60,139 bases of DNA. Source: Bacteroidota bacterium. Lineage in GTDB: Bacteria; Bacteroidota; Bacteroidia; JABEUT01. Shown one piece after another: positions 38,914 through 49,302 of the stretch (its first letter is position 1; each line of letters starts with the position of its first letter). The stretch is from contig JAKAOA010000003.1 in NCBI GenBank assembly GCA_021823405.1, positions 1 to 60,139 of the forward strand, in the 5' to 3' direction. Both the position numbers and the translations under genes were made by a program. The notes below the pieces were generated by a model. It was not told where the DNA came from. It saw only the letters and a list, made by a program, of their open reading frames with translations, and searched no databases.

Positions 38914-39108
38914 ATGCCTAAAGTAAAAACAAATTCAGCCGCAAAAAAGAGGTTCCAGTTTACAGCCACAGGTAAGATAAAACGGAAACGGGCTTTCAAG
39001 AATCATATACTTACCAAAAAATCGAAAAAACGGAAACGTCATCTGGCGCATCCTGCATTGGTAGATCACACACAGGAACATCGAGTTAAAGCATTACTCG
39101 TAAAATAA
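38914..39108 (+). CDS. rpmI: 50S ribosomal protein L35.
   Basis: [23 protein letters not shown]. Confidence 0.95.
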   Translation: MPKVKTNSAAKKRFQFTATGKIKRKRAFKNHILTKKSKKRKRHLAHPALVDHTQEHRVKALLVK

Positions 39109-39169
39109 CGGACAGATAAAAGAATCGCTCATTCAAAATCGTAAATAATAACTCTTAATTTAAAAAGCC

Positions 39170-39517
39170 ATGCCACGTTCAAGCAATGCAGTTGCCTCAA
39201 GAGCAAGAAGAAAGAAAATATTAAGCAGAACCCGCGGGTATTGGGGCGCAAAGAAAAATGTGTACACCATAGCGAAAAACACTTATGAAAAGGGGTTGAA
39301 ATACGCTTACCGCGACCGCAAAACCAAGAAACGTAATTTTCGCGCACTTTGGATACAGCGTATTAACGCCGCCGCACGCGAGCATGATATGTCGTACTCC
39401 CAATTGATGAACAGAATAGAAACCAAAGGTATTTTACTTAACAGAAAAGTGCTTGCCGACCTCGCCATGAACCACCCGGAGGCGTTCAAGGAAGTAGTGA
39501 ACACTGTTAAGAAATAG
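39170..39517 (+). CDS. rplT: 50S ribosomal protein L20.
   Basis: [28 protein letters not shown]; [14 protein letters not shown]. Confidence 0.96.
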   Translation: MPRSSNAVASRARRKKILSRTRGYWGAKKNVYTIAKNTYEKGLKYAYRDRKTKKRNFRALWIQRINAAAREHDMSYSQLMNRIETKGILLNRKVLADLAMNHPEAFKEVVNTVKK

Positions 39518-39544
39518 ACCGATAATAATTAGCGAATTAAATAG

Positions 39545-39575
39545 AAGGATTCCCGGAAAGGAATCCTTTTTCGTT
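39545..39575 (+). terminator. Rho-independent terminator after rplT.
   Basis: aaggattcc-cggaaa-ggaatcctt gives a 9-bp stem, followed by tttcgtttt. Confidence 0.75.
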
Positions 39576-39604
39576 TTAATTTAGCGGGCGTTTTAGCTTT
39601 CTTT

Positions 39605-40414
39605 ATGATTCAGAACATACCGCAAATCAAACATACAGGTTCAGGTAATTTTTTGTTGATAGCAGGTCCTTGCGCGGTGGAAAGTAACGAGTTGTGCCAT
39701 GAGATAGCGGATAAGATTTCAGAGATTACAGATAAGCTTAAAATCCCATTTATCTTTAAGGCGTCCTATCGCAAAGCGAACCGCACACGCTACGATTCCT
39801 TTACCGGCATTGGAGATATAAAAGCGCTTGAGATAATAAAAGAGGTGGGAAAAAAGTATTCGCTGCCCACCCTTACCGATATTCATTCGGCAGATGAAGC
39901 CGCTTTGGCGGCTGAATACGTTGATGTATTGCAGATTCCGGCACTGTTATGCAGGCAGACCGAAATACTTGTCGCTGCTGCAAAAACAGGTAAATTCGTA
40001 AACATAAAGAAAGGGCAGTTCGCTTCGGCGGAAGTAATGAAATATGCGGCAGAGAAAATACGGAAAAGCGGTAATAATAAGGTAATGCTGACCGAACGGG
40101 GCTCTATGTTCGGGTACCACGACCTTGTAGTGGACATCCGGAATATACCTGAAATGAAAAAGAACAAAGTACCTGTTATATTGGATGTAACACACTCTTT
40201 GCAAAAGACCAACGGGCAGGGAGTAGCAGCAGGCGGCAACTTGGAAATGATAGAGTGTTTGGCGAAAGCGGGAATAGCTGTAGGCGCCGACGGCATTTTT
40301 GTAGAAACGCACCCCAACCCGTCTAAAGCCCTATCGGACGGCGCTGTTATGTTAAAACTGGAAAAAATGGAGGGTTTGCTGGGGCGATTGGTGAAACTGA
40401 AAAAAATACTTTGA
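39605..40414 (+). CDS. kdsA: 3-deoxy-8-phosphooctulonate (KDO8P) synthase.
   Basis: LIAGPCAVES; FKASYRKANRT; LDVTHSLQ. Confidence 0.93.
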   Translation: MIQNIPQIKHTGSGNFLLIAGPCAVESNELCHEIADKISEITDKLKIPFIFKASYRKANRTRYDSFTGIGDIKALEIIKEVGKKYSLPTLTDIHSADEAALAAEYVDVLQIPALLCRQTEILVAAAKTGKFVNIKKGQFASAEVMKYAAEKIRKSGNNKVMLTERGSMFGYHDLVVDIRNIPEMKKNKVPVILDVTHSLQKTNGQGVAAGGNLEMIECLAKAGIAVGADGIFVETHPNPSKALSDGAVMLKLEKMEGLLGRLVKLKKIL

Positions 40415-40453
40415 AAGTACCTGTCCTAGAGGAATTCAAGATTGTGGAAGGGG

Positions 40454-41875
40454 TTATTGCATTAGCATAAATGAATCTCCTTTGCATGTTATGTTCACAT
40501 ATTTCTGATGCCCTAAATCAAAATAATTGGAGTTTAATTGGCTCTCGTCCGAATATTTCCAGAACGGAACCAGTAGAAAAAGGTTGGTCTCATTTAAATG
40601 GCTTGTGTCGCCGTCATTGATATATGCGGTCATAGAGTTTTCCTTGCCTGTTAAAGAGCTGTACAGTAAAGTTTCAGCTCCTATTGCCCAGTTAATCTCC
40701 CGGCTTGGAGCGCAAGAACTGGGGATAAGAAGTTTGCGCTTACCGGTTTCATTAGTGAAAGAAGAAAGATTATTATAGAACTCAATTCTTTTGCGAATAT
40801 GTTTTGAATAAGCAATTTCGGTTGTAAACCCAACAACCACCGAACAAAATACCATACCTAAAATTATTTTCTTTTGCCTGTCGGATGCCTTGTTCACAAA
40901 AAAATAGCAGAGGGGAATAGCAATAAATATTGCGAATGGCATAAAATTTTTTTCCATCATAACATCCGAATCCCCTTTGCCGAAAGTTAATTGGAGTATG
41001 ACAAAAAAGACCAATGCAGAAAGAACCGAATAATAGAGCAGGACGTTTTTTTTACTACGCCGGTAATAAATGAATAATGTAAATACCATGACCGCAGGGA
41101 ATGCGTATAGTATGTAGTGAAAAAAGACAAATTTAATAGGGTATAGCGTTAGGAATCTCCATCCGATATTTGCCGTCAATTGTGAATAGAACTGACCATC
41201 ATAAGAATGGACTGGAGTTAAAATCGCTCTTAATATAAATCCGAATAGTGTAAGAATAATTAAAGGAACATAATAAGAGATTATTTTTTTTCGGTCGTCT
41301 GTATTATTATGCCAACTTTCTATTAAGAAAAAACCAATAATGAACAGAATAGGGAAGAATGTAACTGGGTGCGCCCCAAAAGCCAAAAATATCATTAATG
41401 AACTTACTAGATTGAAGATGATAGGATTTTTGAATGCCTTTATATTGTAATAATTAATCCAGGAAAACAGTAATATGCAGTAAATTAGCCCTTGATGCGT
41501 TTCGGTAACGATATGGAAATAGCTTTGTTCGCTGAAACATGTCAGGACAAGTATTATAGGAAATATAACTTGAGGTGTTTTAAATGTGTATGCTGAAAGT
41601 AAAAAAACGGAATAATAGAGTATCGTATATGATAATGAGAATGAAAGAAGAATTACTGATAAGGGTGCTTTAAGTACGATAAAAAGTAAAGGGATTATTT
41701 CAGGTATAACCACACTATATCTTTGACTTGCGATGAAAAACCATTTAAAGTTTATGATATTGAAACAATGATAGGCGCAATCCATGTATAAGGTGCGCTC
41801 CATATAAAACACAATTGATAAAATGAATAGGAATATAAAATAAAGATGTCCGATTTTTACCAAGTTTAGTTTCAT
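40454..41875 (-). CDS. Polytopic membrane protein, hypothetical. AT-rich.
   Basis: About 12 TM segments rich in F/I/L/Y, with a soluble C-terminal ~100 aa. Confidence 0.65.
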   Translation of the reverse strand: MKLNLVKIGHLYFIFLFILSIVFYMERTLYMDCAYHCFNIINFKWFFIASQRYSVVIPEIIPLLFIVLKAPLSVILLSFSLSYTILYYSVFLLSAYTFKTPQVIFPIILVLTCFSEQSYFHIVTETHQGLIYCILLFSWINYYNIKAFKNPIIFNLVSSLMIFLAFGAHPVTFFPILFIIGFFLIESWHNNTDDRKKIISYYVPLIILTLFGFILRAILTPVHSYDGQFYSQLTANIGWRFLTLYPIKFVFFHYILYAFPAVMVFTLFIYYRRSKKNVLLYYSVLSALVFFVILQLTFGKGDSDVMMEKNFMPFAIFIAIPLCYFFVNKASDRQKKIILGMVFCSVVVGFTTEIAYSKHIRKRIEFYNNLSSFTNETGKRKLLIPSSCAPSREINWAIGAETLLYSSLTGKENSMTAYINDGDTSHLNETNLFLLVPFWKYSDESQLNSNYFDLGHQKYVNITCKGDSFMLMQ

Positions 41876-41966
41876 AATCCTTACCTTTTATTCCGTAATA
41901 TTGATTCAAAGATAGATAATAACGGGATTTTTCTAACTTTGCATTAAGGAACTATTCCAAGAGCAA

Positions 41967-43487
41967 ATGAATTTAAGGTTAATTATTCTACTTCTATTAA
42001 TGCCAGCAGCCGGGTATTCCCAGTTTAATGATACTGCATATATTTATACTTATGGTGGCATTCAGAATGAGGTGTGCTACCAGGCAAAGCCGACATGGGA
42101 CAAGGGTTATATACTGATAGGGTCAACCAACAGTTTTGGTCCGGGTGAAAACAATATATATGTTGTTAAAACCGATTCCTTGTGCAGACATAAATGGTCA
42201 AATGCCTATGGCGGAACTCAAATACAGAACGGTTACTCCATAACACCTACACTTGACCATGGTTACACATTATTAGGGTTTACCAATAGCTATGGTGCAG
42301 GTGGTTATGATGTCTATTTAATCAAATTAGATTCTATAGGTAAACAACTCTGGCAGAAAACTTATGGAGGAGCGGATTGGGATTTTGGCTACTCTATTGC
42401 ACAGACCGCCGATAGCGGTTATATTATCTGCGGGTTAACATATAGCTATGGCAGCGGGAATGGTGATGTATATGTGGTGCGAACGGATAAAAACGGTGAT
42501 ACATTATGGACGCGGGCTATTGGAGGCAACGGATACGATGTAGGTAATTCTGTTTATGTTCAGCAAGATTCACTCTATTATATTGCAGGTGTTACTACGA
42601 GTTTCGGTCATGGAGATACAAGTATGTACCTTTTAAAAATTAATAATTACGGCAAGCTTGAATGGGATACCACCATCGGGTCATCACATAATACCATCGC
42701 CCGTTCCATTAACGGGACAACCCATAACGGATTTATAATTTACGGCTCAACAGACAGTATTACGAATAATACTTATCAAAGACAATATAATGAAACCATG
42801 GTTAAATTAGACAGTACAAAAAAAATTCAGTGGTGGGATATTTTTGTAGCTATTGCTAACGGAGGTGGTATTGGGAAGGATGCAGTTGAGAAAGACGATG
42901 GTAATTTTCTTACATTAGGCACAACAAATAACTGTGGGTCGGGTGCGCTTAATCTGGATTTGCAGGATATTAATATTAGTGGGAACTGGCAAACAGGTGC
43001 TTGTTTCGGTGGCACGGCAGAGCAGTATGGCAATTCAATAGCTTACCGGGATAAAGATAATGTTGTATTTGCAGGCGCATCCAATAGTCCGGGCTATACA
43101 GCAGGTCTCTACGATTTCTATGTCGTAAGGTTCACAAGTGATTCAATTATTGGAAGCTATACGCTGAAAATTAAAAATTTTACAGATACTTTGTCGCCGG
43201 CGACAGTGAGAAACCTGACACCATCTGATATTTCAATTAAAATTTACCCCAACCCCATAGTAACCGGTGCAACAATACTTGTTCAGGGAGTAATATCTGC
43301 GAACTATAAATTTAATGTATATGATGTATCGGGTATTTGTGTGATGGAAAATATCCCTGTCAACGCTTCATATCATGGAGAATCAGTGGGTCATCTATCA
43401 CGGACGAATTTAACTGCCGGTATCTATTTTTATGAACTTTACGGGCAGGATAAGGTTGTTGCAACAGGCAAATTAATCATAGAGTGA
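41967..43487 (+). CDS. Secreted repeat (beta-propeller-like) protein with a T9SS C-terminal sorting domain.
   Basis: Signal peptide. A reiterated ~45-aa unit YGG...D.GYSI..T.D.GYI..G.T.S.G.G..D.Y..K.D..G..W. C-terminus IKIYPNPIV...GIYFYEL....ATGKLIIE. Confidence 0.85.
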   Translation: MNLRLIILLLLMPAAGYSQFNDTAYIYTYGGIQNEVCYQAKPTWDKGYILIGSTNSFGPGENNIYVVKTDSLCRHKWSNAYGGTQIQNGYSITPTLDHGYTLLGFTNSYGAGGYDVYLIKLDSIGKQLWQKTYGGADWDFGYSIAQTADSGYIICGLTYSYGSGNGDVYVVRTDKNGDTLWTRAIGGNGYDVGNSVYVQQDSLYYIAGVTTSFGHGDTSMYLLKINNYGKLEWDTTIGSSHNTIARSINGTTHNGFIIYGSTDSITNNTYQRQYNETMVKLDSTKKIQWWDIFVAIANGGGIGKDAVEKDDGNFLTLGTTNNCGSGALNLDLQDINISGNWQTGACFGGTAEQYGNSIAYRDKDNVVFAGASNSPGYTAGLYDFYVVRFTSDSIIGSYTLKIKNFTDTLSPATVRNLTPSDISIKIYPNPIVTGATILVQGVISANYKFNVYDVSGICVMENIPVNASYHGESVGHLSRTNLTAGIYFYELYGQDKVVATGKLIIE

Positions 43488-44695
43488 GGAGATTTGTACT
43501 GAATCTCCTTTTAAGCGCATCCTATTTTGTAGGAATATTTACCGTTTTCGCACTCGTAATTCGATTCTGCGGAACTGAAAATCCAGTGAGCAGGAATAGT
43601 TTTTTAGTGTGGGATACAATCCATTACTACGATATAGTTAAAAATGGCTATAATCCGGCGAGTACGGCTTTTTTTCCGCTATTCCCGTTTTTCTGGAAAA
43701 TAACAGGGCTGGGCGGTATTGGAATTGCGGTTCTTAATGGAATCATTTTTATTTTGTCTGTTTCATATCTTGCCACGGTATTGAATCTCCCTTCAAAGAT
43801 TTATTTACTGCTGCTCACCTTCCCGTCAATTTTCTTTTGTTTCATTCCCTACAGTGAATCATTGTTTTTTTTAGGCGGATGTCTTTTACTTGTTGGAATA
43901 ATACAGGGAAAGAATTATCTGGCGCTTGCAGGGATACTGATAGATTCCATTACACGACCTGTAGCTGCTGTTTTTGTGCCCGCTTTTATCATTATGGCAT
44001 TATTCACCGTTGCAGAAGCAAAGGAGAGAAGACGAAATGCCTTATTATATTCGCTGACTGCTGTAGCCGGCTTGCTGCTGGTGTTATTCATTCAATACAG
44101 CGCCACCGGCGAATGGTTTACCTTTTTTAAAGCCCAAAGGGACGGCTGGGGCAATAGCTTTCGCCTGCCTCGTTTTCATTTTACTTCTTGGAATGGCGAT
44201 AATATTGTAAGGTTGGACGCAACTGCTTTTTTAATCGGCATGTCTGCTACCGCCGCGCTGGGTTATATGCTGCTAAAAAGAAAATTGAAGGAGATGAATC
44301 CCGCTTTATTATTCTCCTTACTTTATCTTGCCGGTATCTGCTGGCTTGTACTATTTACAAGGGGCGGAAGCATGTTCAGTTTGAACCGCTTTATCTATGC
44401 AACGCCATTTTTCTTTGTTGCTTTACCGGAATTGATAAAAATAAGATGGAGTATTAAAAATTACATTTTATTATTCGTTACCGTAAATGCGTTTTGGTTA
44501 TTATTCGGGAGTTATGTTCACATTCAACAGGTATTAATTTACCTGCTTTTAACCATCTTCCTGTTCTCCCTTTTGTTTATTTCGCATCCGAAAAGAATAA
44601 TTAATATGGTCGGCTATTCAGTTTTTATGCTCGGAAATATTACCTTGCAGATTTACTTTTTCCAGTGGTTTCTTAATGGGGGATGGGTTGGTTAA
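43484..44695 (+). CDS. GT-C type membrane glycosyltransferase candidate (PIG-V / DUF2029-like).
   Basis: WDTIHYYDIVKNGY....AFFPLFPFFWK motif and about 10 TM segments. The GTG start overlaps the upstream stop (GTGA). Confidence 0.6.
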   Translation: MRRFVLNLLLSASYFVGIFTVFALVIRFCGTENPVSRNSFLVWDTIHYYDIVKNGYNPASTAFFPLFPFFWKITGLGGIGIAVLNGIIFILSVSYLATVLNLPSKIYLLLLTFPSIFFCFIPYSESLFFLGGCLLLVGIIQGKNYLALAGILIDSITRPVAAVFVPAFIIMALFTVAEAKERRRNALLYSLTAVAGLLLVLFIQYSATGEWFTFFKAQRDGWGNSFRLPRFHFTSWNGDNIVRLDATAFLIGMSATAALGYMLLKRKLKEMNPALLFSLLYLAGICWLVLFTRGGSMFSLNRFIYATPFFFVALPELIKIRWSIKNYILLFVTVNAFWLLFGSYVHIQQVLIYLLLTIFLFSLLFISHPKRIINMVGYSVFMLGNITLQIYFFQWFLNGGWVG

Positions 44696-44697
44696 AA

Positions 44698-45486
44698 ATG
44701 AATAAAATGAACACAAATAAAAAAAATAGTAATCCACGAGAACTTATTCGGAATAGTACTGCCGGCACTCGCCTTAATAAATACATAGCCGCGGCCGGAT
44801 ACTGTTCGCGGCGCGATGCCGATGAACTTGTATTTGCCGGATTGGTAACTGTGAACGGTAAGCATATTCTTGAACCGGGATATCGCGTAAAACAGGGAGA
44901 TATGGTGATAGTGGAGGGCAGAAAAATAAGGCAGCCGCAGAAGTATTATATACTCCTCAACAAGACGAAAGATGCAATTACTACCACCTCTGACGAACGG
45001 GGGCGGAAAACGGTGATGGACTTGATACGAGGCGCCTGCGACGAGAGTGTTTATCCTGTGGGGCGGCTCGACAGGAATACGACTGGCTTACTGCTGCTGA
45101 CCAACGACGGCGAACTGGCTAACCGGCTGATGCACCCTTCCGGTGAAGTAAGAAAGGTGTATAAAACCCGTTTGGACAGAGATATTTCCTATGAAGTAAT
45201 TAAAAAGATAAGAAAAGGAGTTATGCTTGAAGACGGACTTGCCTTAGTTGACGAGGTCAATCACATAAAAGGCGAAACCGGTGATACGCTGATGCTGGTA
45301 TTACACAGCGGAAGGAACAGAATAGTAAGGCGCATATTTGAAGCGGTTGGGTTTAAAGTAGCTGCGCTCGACAGGGTAGGATATGCGGGCTTAACGCTCC
45401 ATGGTCTCGGCAGAGGCGAATGGAGGTATTTATCGAATGAAGAAGTAAAAGAACTGTATAAGAGAACCAACCGGCTCAAAATCTAA
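44698..45486 (+). CDS. Pseudouridine synthase, RsuA/RluB family, with an S4 domain.
   Basis: RLNKYIAAAGYCSRRDAD.L (S4 domain); GRLDRNTTGLLLLTNDG (catalytic Asp). The start was chosen after the upstream stop. The ORF track begins at 44683. Confidence 0.9.
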   Translation: MNKMNTNKKNSNPRELIRNSTAGTRLNKYIAAAGYCSRRDADELVFAGLVTVNGKHILEPGYRVKQGDMVIVEGRKIRQPQKYYILLNKTKDAITTTSDERGRKTVMDLIRGACDESVYPVGRLDRNTTGLLLLTNDGELANRLMHPSGEVRKVYKTRLDRDISYEVIKKIRKGVMLEDGLALVDEVNHIKGETGDTLMLVLHSGRNRIVRRIFEAVGFKVAALDRVGYAGLTLHGLGRGEWRYLSNEEVKELYKRTNRLKI

Positions 45487-45490
45487 GTTA

Positions 45491-45534
45491 TACCGACTAT
45501 GAATGAAAATACAAAACATTCATGTCGGTATAAC
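45491..45534. repeat. 44-bp palindromic element, copy 2, lying between convergent genes.
   Basis: ttataccgac(t)atgaatg-aaaatacaaaa-cattcatgtcggtataa gives a ~17-bp stem with one bulge. It matches 4271..4314. Confidence 0.75.
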
Positions 45535-45611
45535 TGCCGTAAAGATATTTTGCCTTTGCAAAATCACTTACGGGCGCTATAAATTCAAATTTTGCTTTAA
45601 ATCTATATCGT

Positions 45612-45914
45612 TCATTCCACCACCTCCATCAAAGTACGGAAGGCGGTGAATTTTTCGCCGAATTTATTTAATGCATCTTGTTGCAGTCGCGGCGCGTATT
45701 CGGCTTTGTATTTGTGGTAGTCGTTCAGGTTTTTACAGGAATATTGTACCGAGTAGGTAGTGCCTTCGTCCTCCACATCGAGCAGCCGGCAAAGCCGGTA
45801 GCCGGTGAAAAGACCGGTGCTCAATACATCGGGGATATGTACTTTCTGCATCCAGTTAAGCCAATCTGCGTGGGCATCGTCATCCACATTGATAGTTACA
45901 TTATAGATTATCAC
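45612..45914 (-). CDS. DUF4286-like small protein.
   Basis: MIIYNVTINVDDD.H.DWL.WM...HIP.VL.TG.F pattern. Confidence 0.7.
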   Translation of the reverse strand: MIIYNVTINVDDDAHADWLNWMQKVHIPDVLSTGLFTGYRLCRLLDVEDEGTTYSVQYSCKNLNDYHKYKAEYAPRLQQDALNKFGEKFTAFRTLMEVVE

Positions 45915-45926
45915 TAGAACTCAAAT

Positions 45927-46994
45927 TTAATTGTTTAGGTTTAAAAAATTTTCGCTAAGATAAATATCAATTAAACGAGGCACGGGATAATCTGATATGT
46001 TTCGCAGTTTTATCCATTCGCATCCTTCCGGCAGCTCAATTTCTTTCCTACCGGCTTTAAGTGAGATGAACTTTGCAAGCAGGAGCCGGTGGGTTAAAAC
46101 ATGACGGTATTCAGAGGATACTGATAGGACGATTACCTTTCTGTTCCTGAAAATCCTGCGCCACTCTTTTGATGATGCAAGCGCCAACGGCGTTCCTGCG
46201 GCGGCGGTCTCGATACATGGAAAGTCGTATAAGCCCTGCCAGATATCGCCCCGAGGACGCTTTCTCATTATTATACTATCCCCCGATTGTATTACAAGAT
46301 AGTTCAGAAAGCGTTTCACTATCTTCTTCTTGACCTGTTTTACCGGCAATTTAGCGGTTAAGGTATGCGAATACGCATAGCATTGATCTTGTATAGGGCA
46401 TTGCGTACAAAAGGGTTTTTTTGGCAGACATATCAGGGCTCCCAGTTCCATCACGGCTTGGTTATAACTGGCTGAATTTTTCTCCGGTAAATAATCATTG
46501 GCGATAAGTTGCAGTTTTTTACGCCCCGAACTGCTGTCAACAGGTTCGTCAATGCCCAGTAACCGTGAGTAAACCCTCATTACATTTCCATCCAGAACCG
46601 CATAAGGTTGGTTGAAAGCGAACGAAACAATGGCTGCGGCTGTATAGTCGCCTATTCCTTTTAGTCCGCGGATTTGTTGGTAAGTGCGGGGGAATTTGCC
46701 CCCAAGCGACTCTTCTATATAACGGGCGGTATGGAGCATATTACGCGCACGCGAATAATACCCCAATCCTTGCCACATCTTCAGAACATCATCTTCCGAA
46801 GCTGCGGCGAGAGATGAAACGGTGGGATATTTACTTACAAAGCGCAGATAATAATCTATTCCCTGATTTACCCGCGTTTGTTGCAGAATAATCTCTGAAA
46901 CCCAGATTTTATAAGGATCTCCGGTATTTCTCCATGGCAAATCCCGTTTCTCCTTTTCGTACCAGTGCAATAGTTTATCCACCCAATTCTCCAT
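45927..46994 (-). CDS. mutY: A/G-specific adenine glycosylase.
   Basis: LPWR...DPYKIWVSEIILQQTRV; HhH-GPD LKGIGDYTAAAI; 4Fe-4S cluster CLPKKPFCTQCPIQDQC. Confidence 0.94.
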   Translation of the reverse strand: MENWVDKLLHWYEKEKRDLPWRNTGDPYKIWVSEIILQQTRVNQGIDYYLRFVSKYPTVSSLAAASEDDVLKMWQGLGYYSRARNMLHTARYIEESLGGKFPRTYQQIRGLKGIGDYTAAAIVSFAFNQPYAVLDGNVMRVYSRLLGIDEPVDSSSGRKKLQLIANDYLPEKNSASYNQAVMELGALICLPKKPFCTQCPIQDQCYAYSHTLTAKLPVKQVKKKIVKRFLNYLVIQSGDSIIMRKRPRGDIWQGLYDFPCIETAAAGTPLALASSKEWRRIFRNRKVIVLSVSSEYRHVLTHRLLLAKFISLKAGRKEIELPEGCEWIKLRNISDYPVPRLIDIYLSENFLNLNN

Positions 46995-47137
46995 GCTGTT
47001 CCCCGAAAAATAATTATAAAGATATGATTATGTGTAATGCTGCGCCGGAAATGAATTTGCCCGTTTCGGCTTTAACTTAATTTAACGGCGCTAAAGGAAA
47101 GAAATTTACTACTTTTGGGAGACACTTAAACGGAGAA

Positions 47138-47806
47138 ATGGTGAAAAAGATTTTCTTAATTGCGGCGCTCTCTGTATTTGCTTCTTTACTGAAAGCGCAG
47201 CAGGAAGAGATTCCGGATGCGAAAGCCAAGGCAGTGATTGAGGCATTGAGCAAAAAGGCGAAGACATACAAGACCATCAAGGCGGACTTCACAATAGTGG
47301 TGTATGACAGGAATAAACAGCCCGGCGACCCGCAGAAAGGTAGTTTATGTTCGAAAGGGGCTAAATACCGGCTTGATATAAAAAGTCAAACTGTGATATG
47401 CGACAGCGCCACCACCTGGACATACCTGAAGGACGCAAACGAGGTTCAGATAAATAATGTGGAGAGCGACCCGGATAAGGGTAATATTTCTCCCGCCACA
47501 ATTTTTACAATTTATGAAAAAGGATTTAAGAGCCACTGGGATGGTGAAACGAAAAATGGGGCAGAGACTATGGAGGTTATAGATTTGTATCCAAAGCACC
47601 CTGAAAGGGAAAAGTACCATACTCTTAAACTTACTATTAACAAGGAAAAGGATGCGGTGGAGGAGATACTGGTAATGATGAAGGACGGCACTACCGTAAA
47701 GTACACAGTGAACTCATTCAGCCCTAATACAACTTTGTCACCGGGTACGTTCACTTTTAACTCAAAAGATTATCCGGGCGTTGAGGTGGAAGACCTAAGG
47801 AATTGA
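47138..47806 (+). CDS. LolA-like outer-membrane lipoprotein carrier protein.
   Basis: Signal peptide; TIKADFTIVVYD......G.L..KG.KYRLD. Confidence 0.8.
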   Translation: MVKKIFLIAALSVFASLLKAQQEEIPDAKAKAVIEALSKKAKTYKTIKADFTIVVYDRNKQPGDPQKGSLCSKGAKYRLDIKSQTVICDSATTWTYLKDANEVQINNVESDPDKGNISPATIFTIYEKGFKSHWDGETKNGAETMEVIDLYPKHPEREKYHTLKLTINKEKDAVEEILVMMKDGTTVKYTVNSFSPNTTLSPGTFTFNSKDYPGVEVEDLRN

Positions 47807-48196
47807 TTAAATCAACGTTGTTTCAATGGTGTTGCCTGTCTCCAAGGTCTTATGAACGGGGCATTTGTTGGCTATAGCCAATATCCTGCTCTTTTGCTCT
47901 GCATCAAAGGCGCCGCGAACCTCAATTATCCGTTTGAAGATATTTTTTCCGGCTTCGTCCTTACTATGTGAAACTTCGGCGGTAATGCCTTCAGTTTGCC
48001 ACTGTTTGTGGTTCAGGTACATTTTTATGGTAGTTACCGTACAGGCGCCAAGTGCGGCGCAAACCGTTTCCATGGCTGTAGGTCCTTTGTCCTGTCCGCC
48101 GCCGGCTAACGGCTCATCGAGTATCAGCGAATGATTCCGGATGGATGCCGTTGCCGTAAAATCTGTTTTGCCGAGAGTTACTTTTGTTGTGAGCAT
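47807..48196 (-). CDS. OsmC family peroxiredoxin-like protein.
   Basis: GGQDKGPTAMETVCAALGACTV..CPVHKTL. Confidence 0.88.
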   Translation of the reverse strand: MLTTKVTLGKTDFTATASIRNHSLILDEPLAGGGQDKGPTAMETVCAALGACTVTTIKMYLNHKQWQTEGITAEVSHSKDEAGKNIFKRIIEVRGAFDAEQKSRILAIANKCPVHKTLETGNTIETTLI

Positions 48197-48222
48197 ACTG
48201 TCAATTAAATTAATGATTGTAT

Positions 48223-49209
48223 TTAAACCGCTTCCGCATACCGTACCCCAATATTTTCAAGCATGGCCATTATCTCCGCATAAGAATCGGTGGTAACGAG
48301 TTTCAGGCGGGTTTCTTTAAAATTCTCCATCCCTTTGAAGTAGCTGGTATAGTGCCTGCGCATCTCAAGTATACCAAGTTTTTCGCCCTTCCACTCAATG
48401 GATTTTAGCAGATGGGTGCGGCATGAGTCGAGCCGTTCGTTAAGAGTGGGCGGCGGAAGCAGTTGTCCGGTTGCCAGATAATGTTTTATCTCCCGGAATA
48501 TCCATGGATAGCCAATGGCGGCTCTGCCAAGCATTATACCGTCTATTCCATACCGGTTTTTCATTTCGGCGGCTTTCGCAGGCGAGTTTACATCGCCGTT
48601 ACCGAAGACAGGTATATGTATGCGCGGATTGTTCTTTACCTCGCCAATCAGCGTCCAGTCGGCATCTCCTTTATACATCTGTTTGCGGGTTCTTCCATGA
48701 ATGGTAATTGCCTTTATCCCTATATCCTGTAAGCGTTCCGCCGCTTCAACCACATTTAACGTGCTATCGTCCCACCCCAGCCGCGTTTTTACTGTAACCG
48801 GCGCCGATACTGATTTCACAATTTCAGCCGTCATGCTTACCATCTTAGGAATATCCTGTAAAAGAGCGGCTCCCGCGCCTCTGCACGCTACCTTTTTCAC
48901 CGGGCATCCGTAATTGATGTCGATTAAGTCGGGATTTACTTTTTCAGCGACTATTGCCGCTTCACGCATGGAATCAATATCACTGCCGAAGAGTTGTACG
49001 CCTACCGGTCTTTCATTTTCAAAAATATCGAGTTTCTTCATGCTCTTAACGGCATGGCGGATCAAGCCCTCCGACGAAACAAACTCTGTATATAGCATAT
49101 CCGCACCCTGCTGCTTGCATACATGGCGGAACGGCGGGTCGCTCACGTCTTCCATGGGAGCGAGTAACAGCGGAAAATCGGGAAGTTTTATGTTGCCAAT
49201 GCAAATCAA
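48223..49209 (-). CDS. dusB: tRNA-dihydrouridine synthase.
   Basis: LAPMEDVSDPPFR; DINYGCPVKKV; ITIHGRTR. Confidence 0.93.
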   Translation of the reverse strand: MICIGNIKLPDFPLLLAPMEDVSDPPFRHVCKQQGADMLYTEFVSSEGLIRHAVKSMKKLDIFENERPVGVQLFGSDIDSMREAAIVAEKVNPDLIDINYGCPVKKVACRGAGAALLQDIPKMVSMTAEIVKSVSAPVTVKTRLGWDDSTLNVVEAAERLQDIGIKAITIHGRTRKQMYKGDADWTLIGEVKNNPRIHIPVFGNGDVNSPAKAAEMKNRYGIDGIMLGRAAIGYPWIFREIKHYLATGQLLPPPTLNERLDSCRTHLLKSIEWKGEKLGILEMRRHYTSYFKGMENFKETRLKLVTTDSYAEIMAMLENIGVRYAEAV

Positions 49210-49302
49210 GCGGTAGCGAAAAAAGGAATTAACATATTTTAAGACGGAATTTTATAGATATAATAACGGATTATAAAATTACCATTTACCAAATAGCTAT
49301 TT

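Noticed and set aside
47077-47292. 71-aa minus-strand ORF overlapping the start of the LolA-like gene.
   Set aside because: It is antisense to the signal-peptide region of a well-supported gene.
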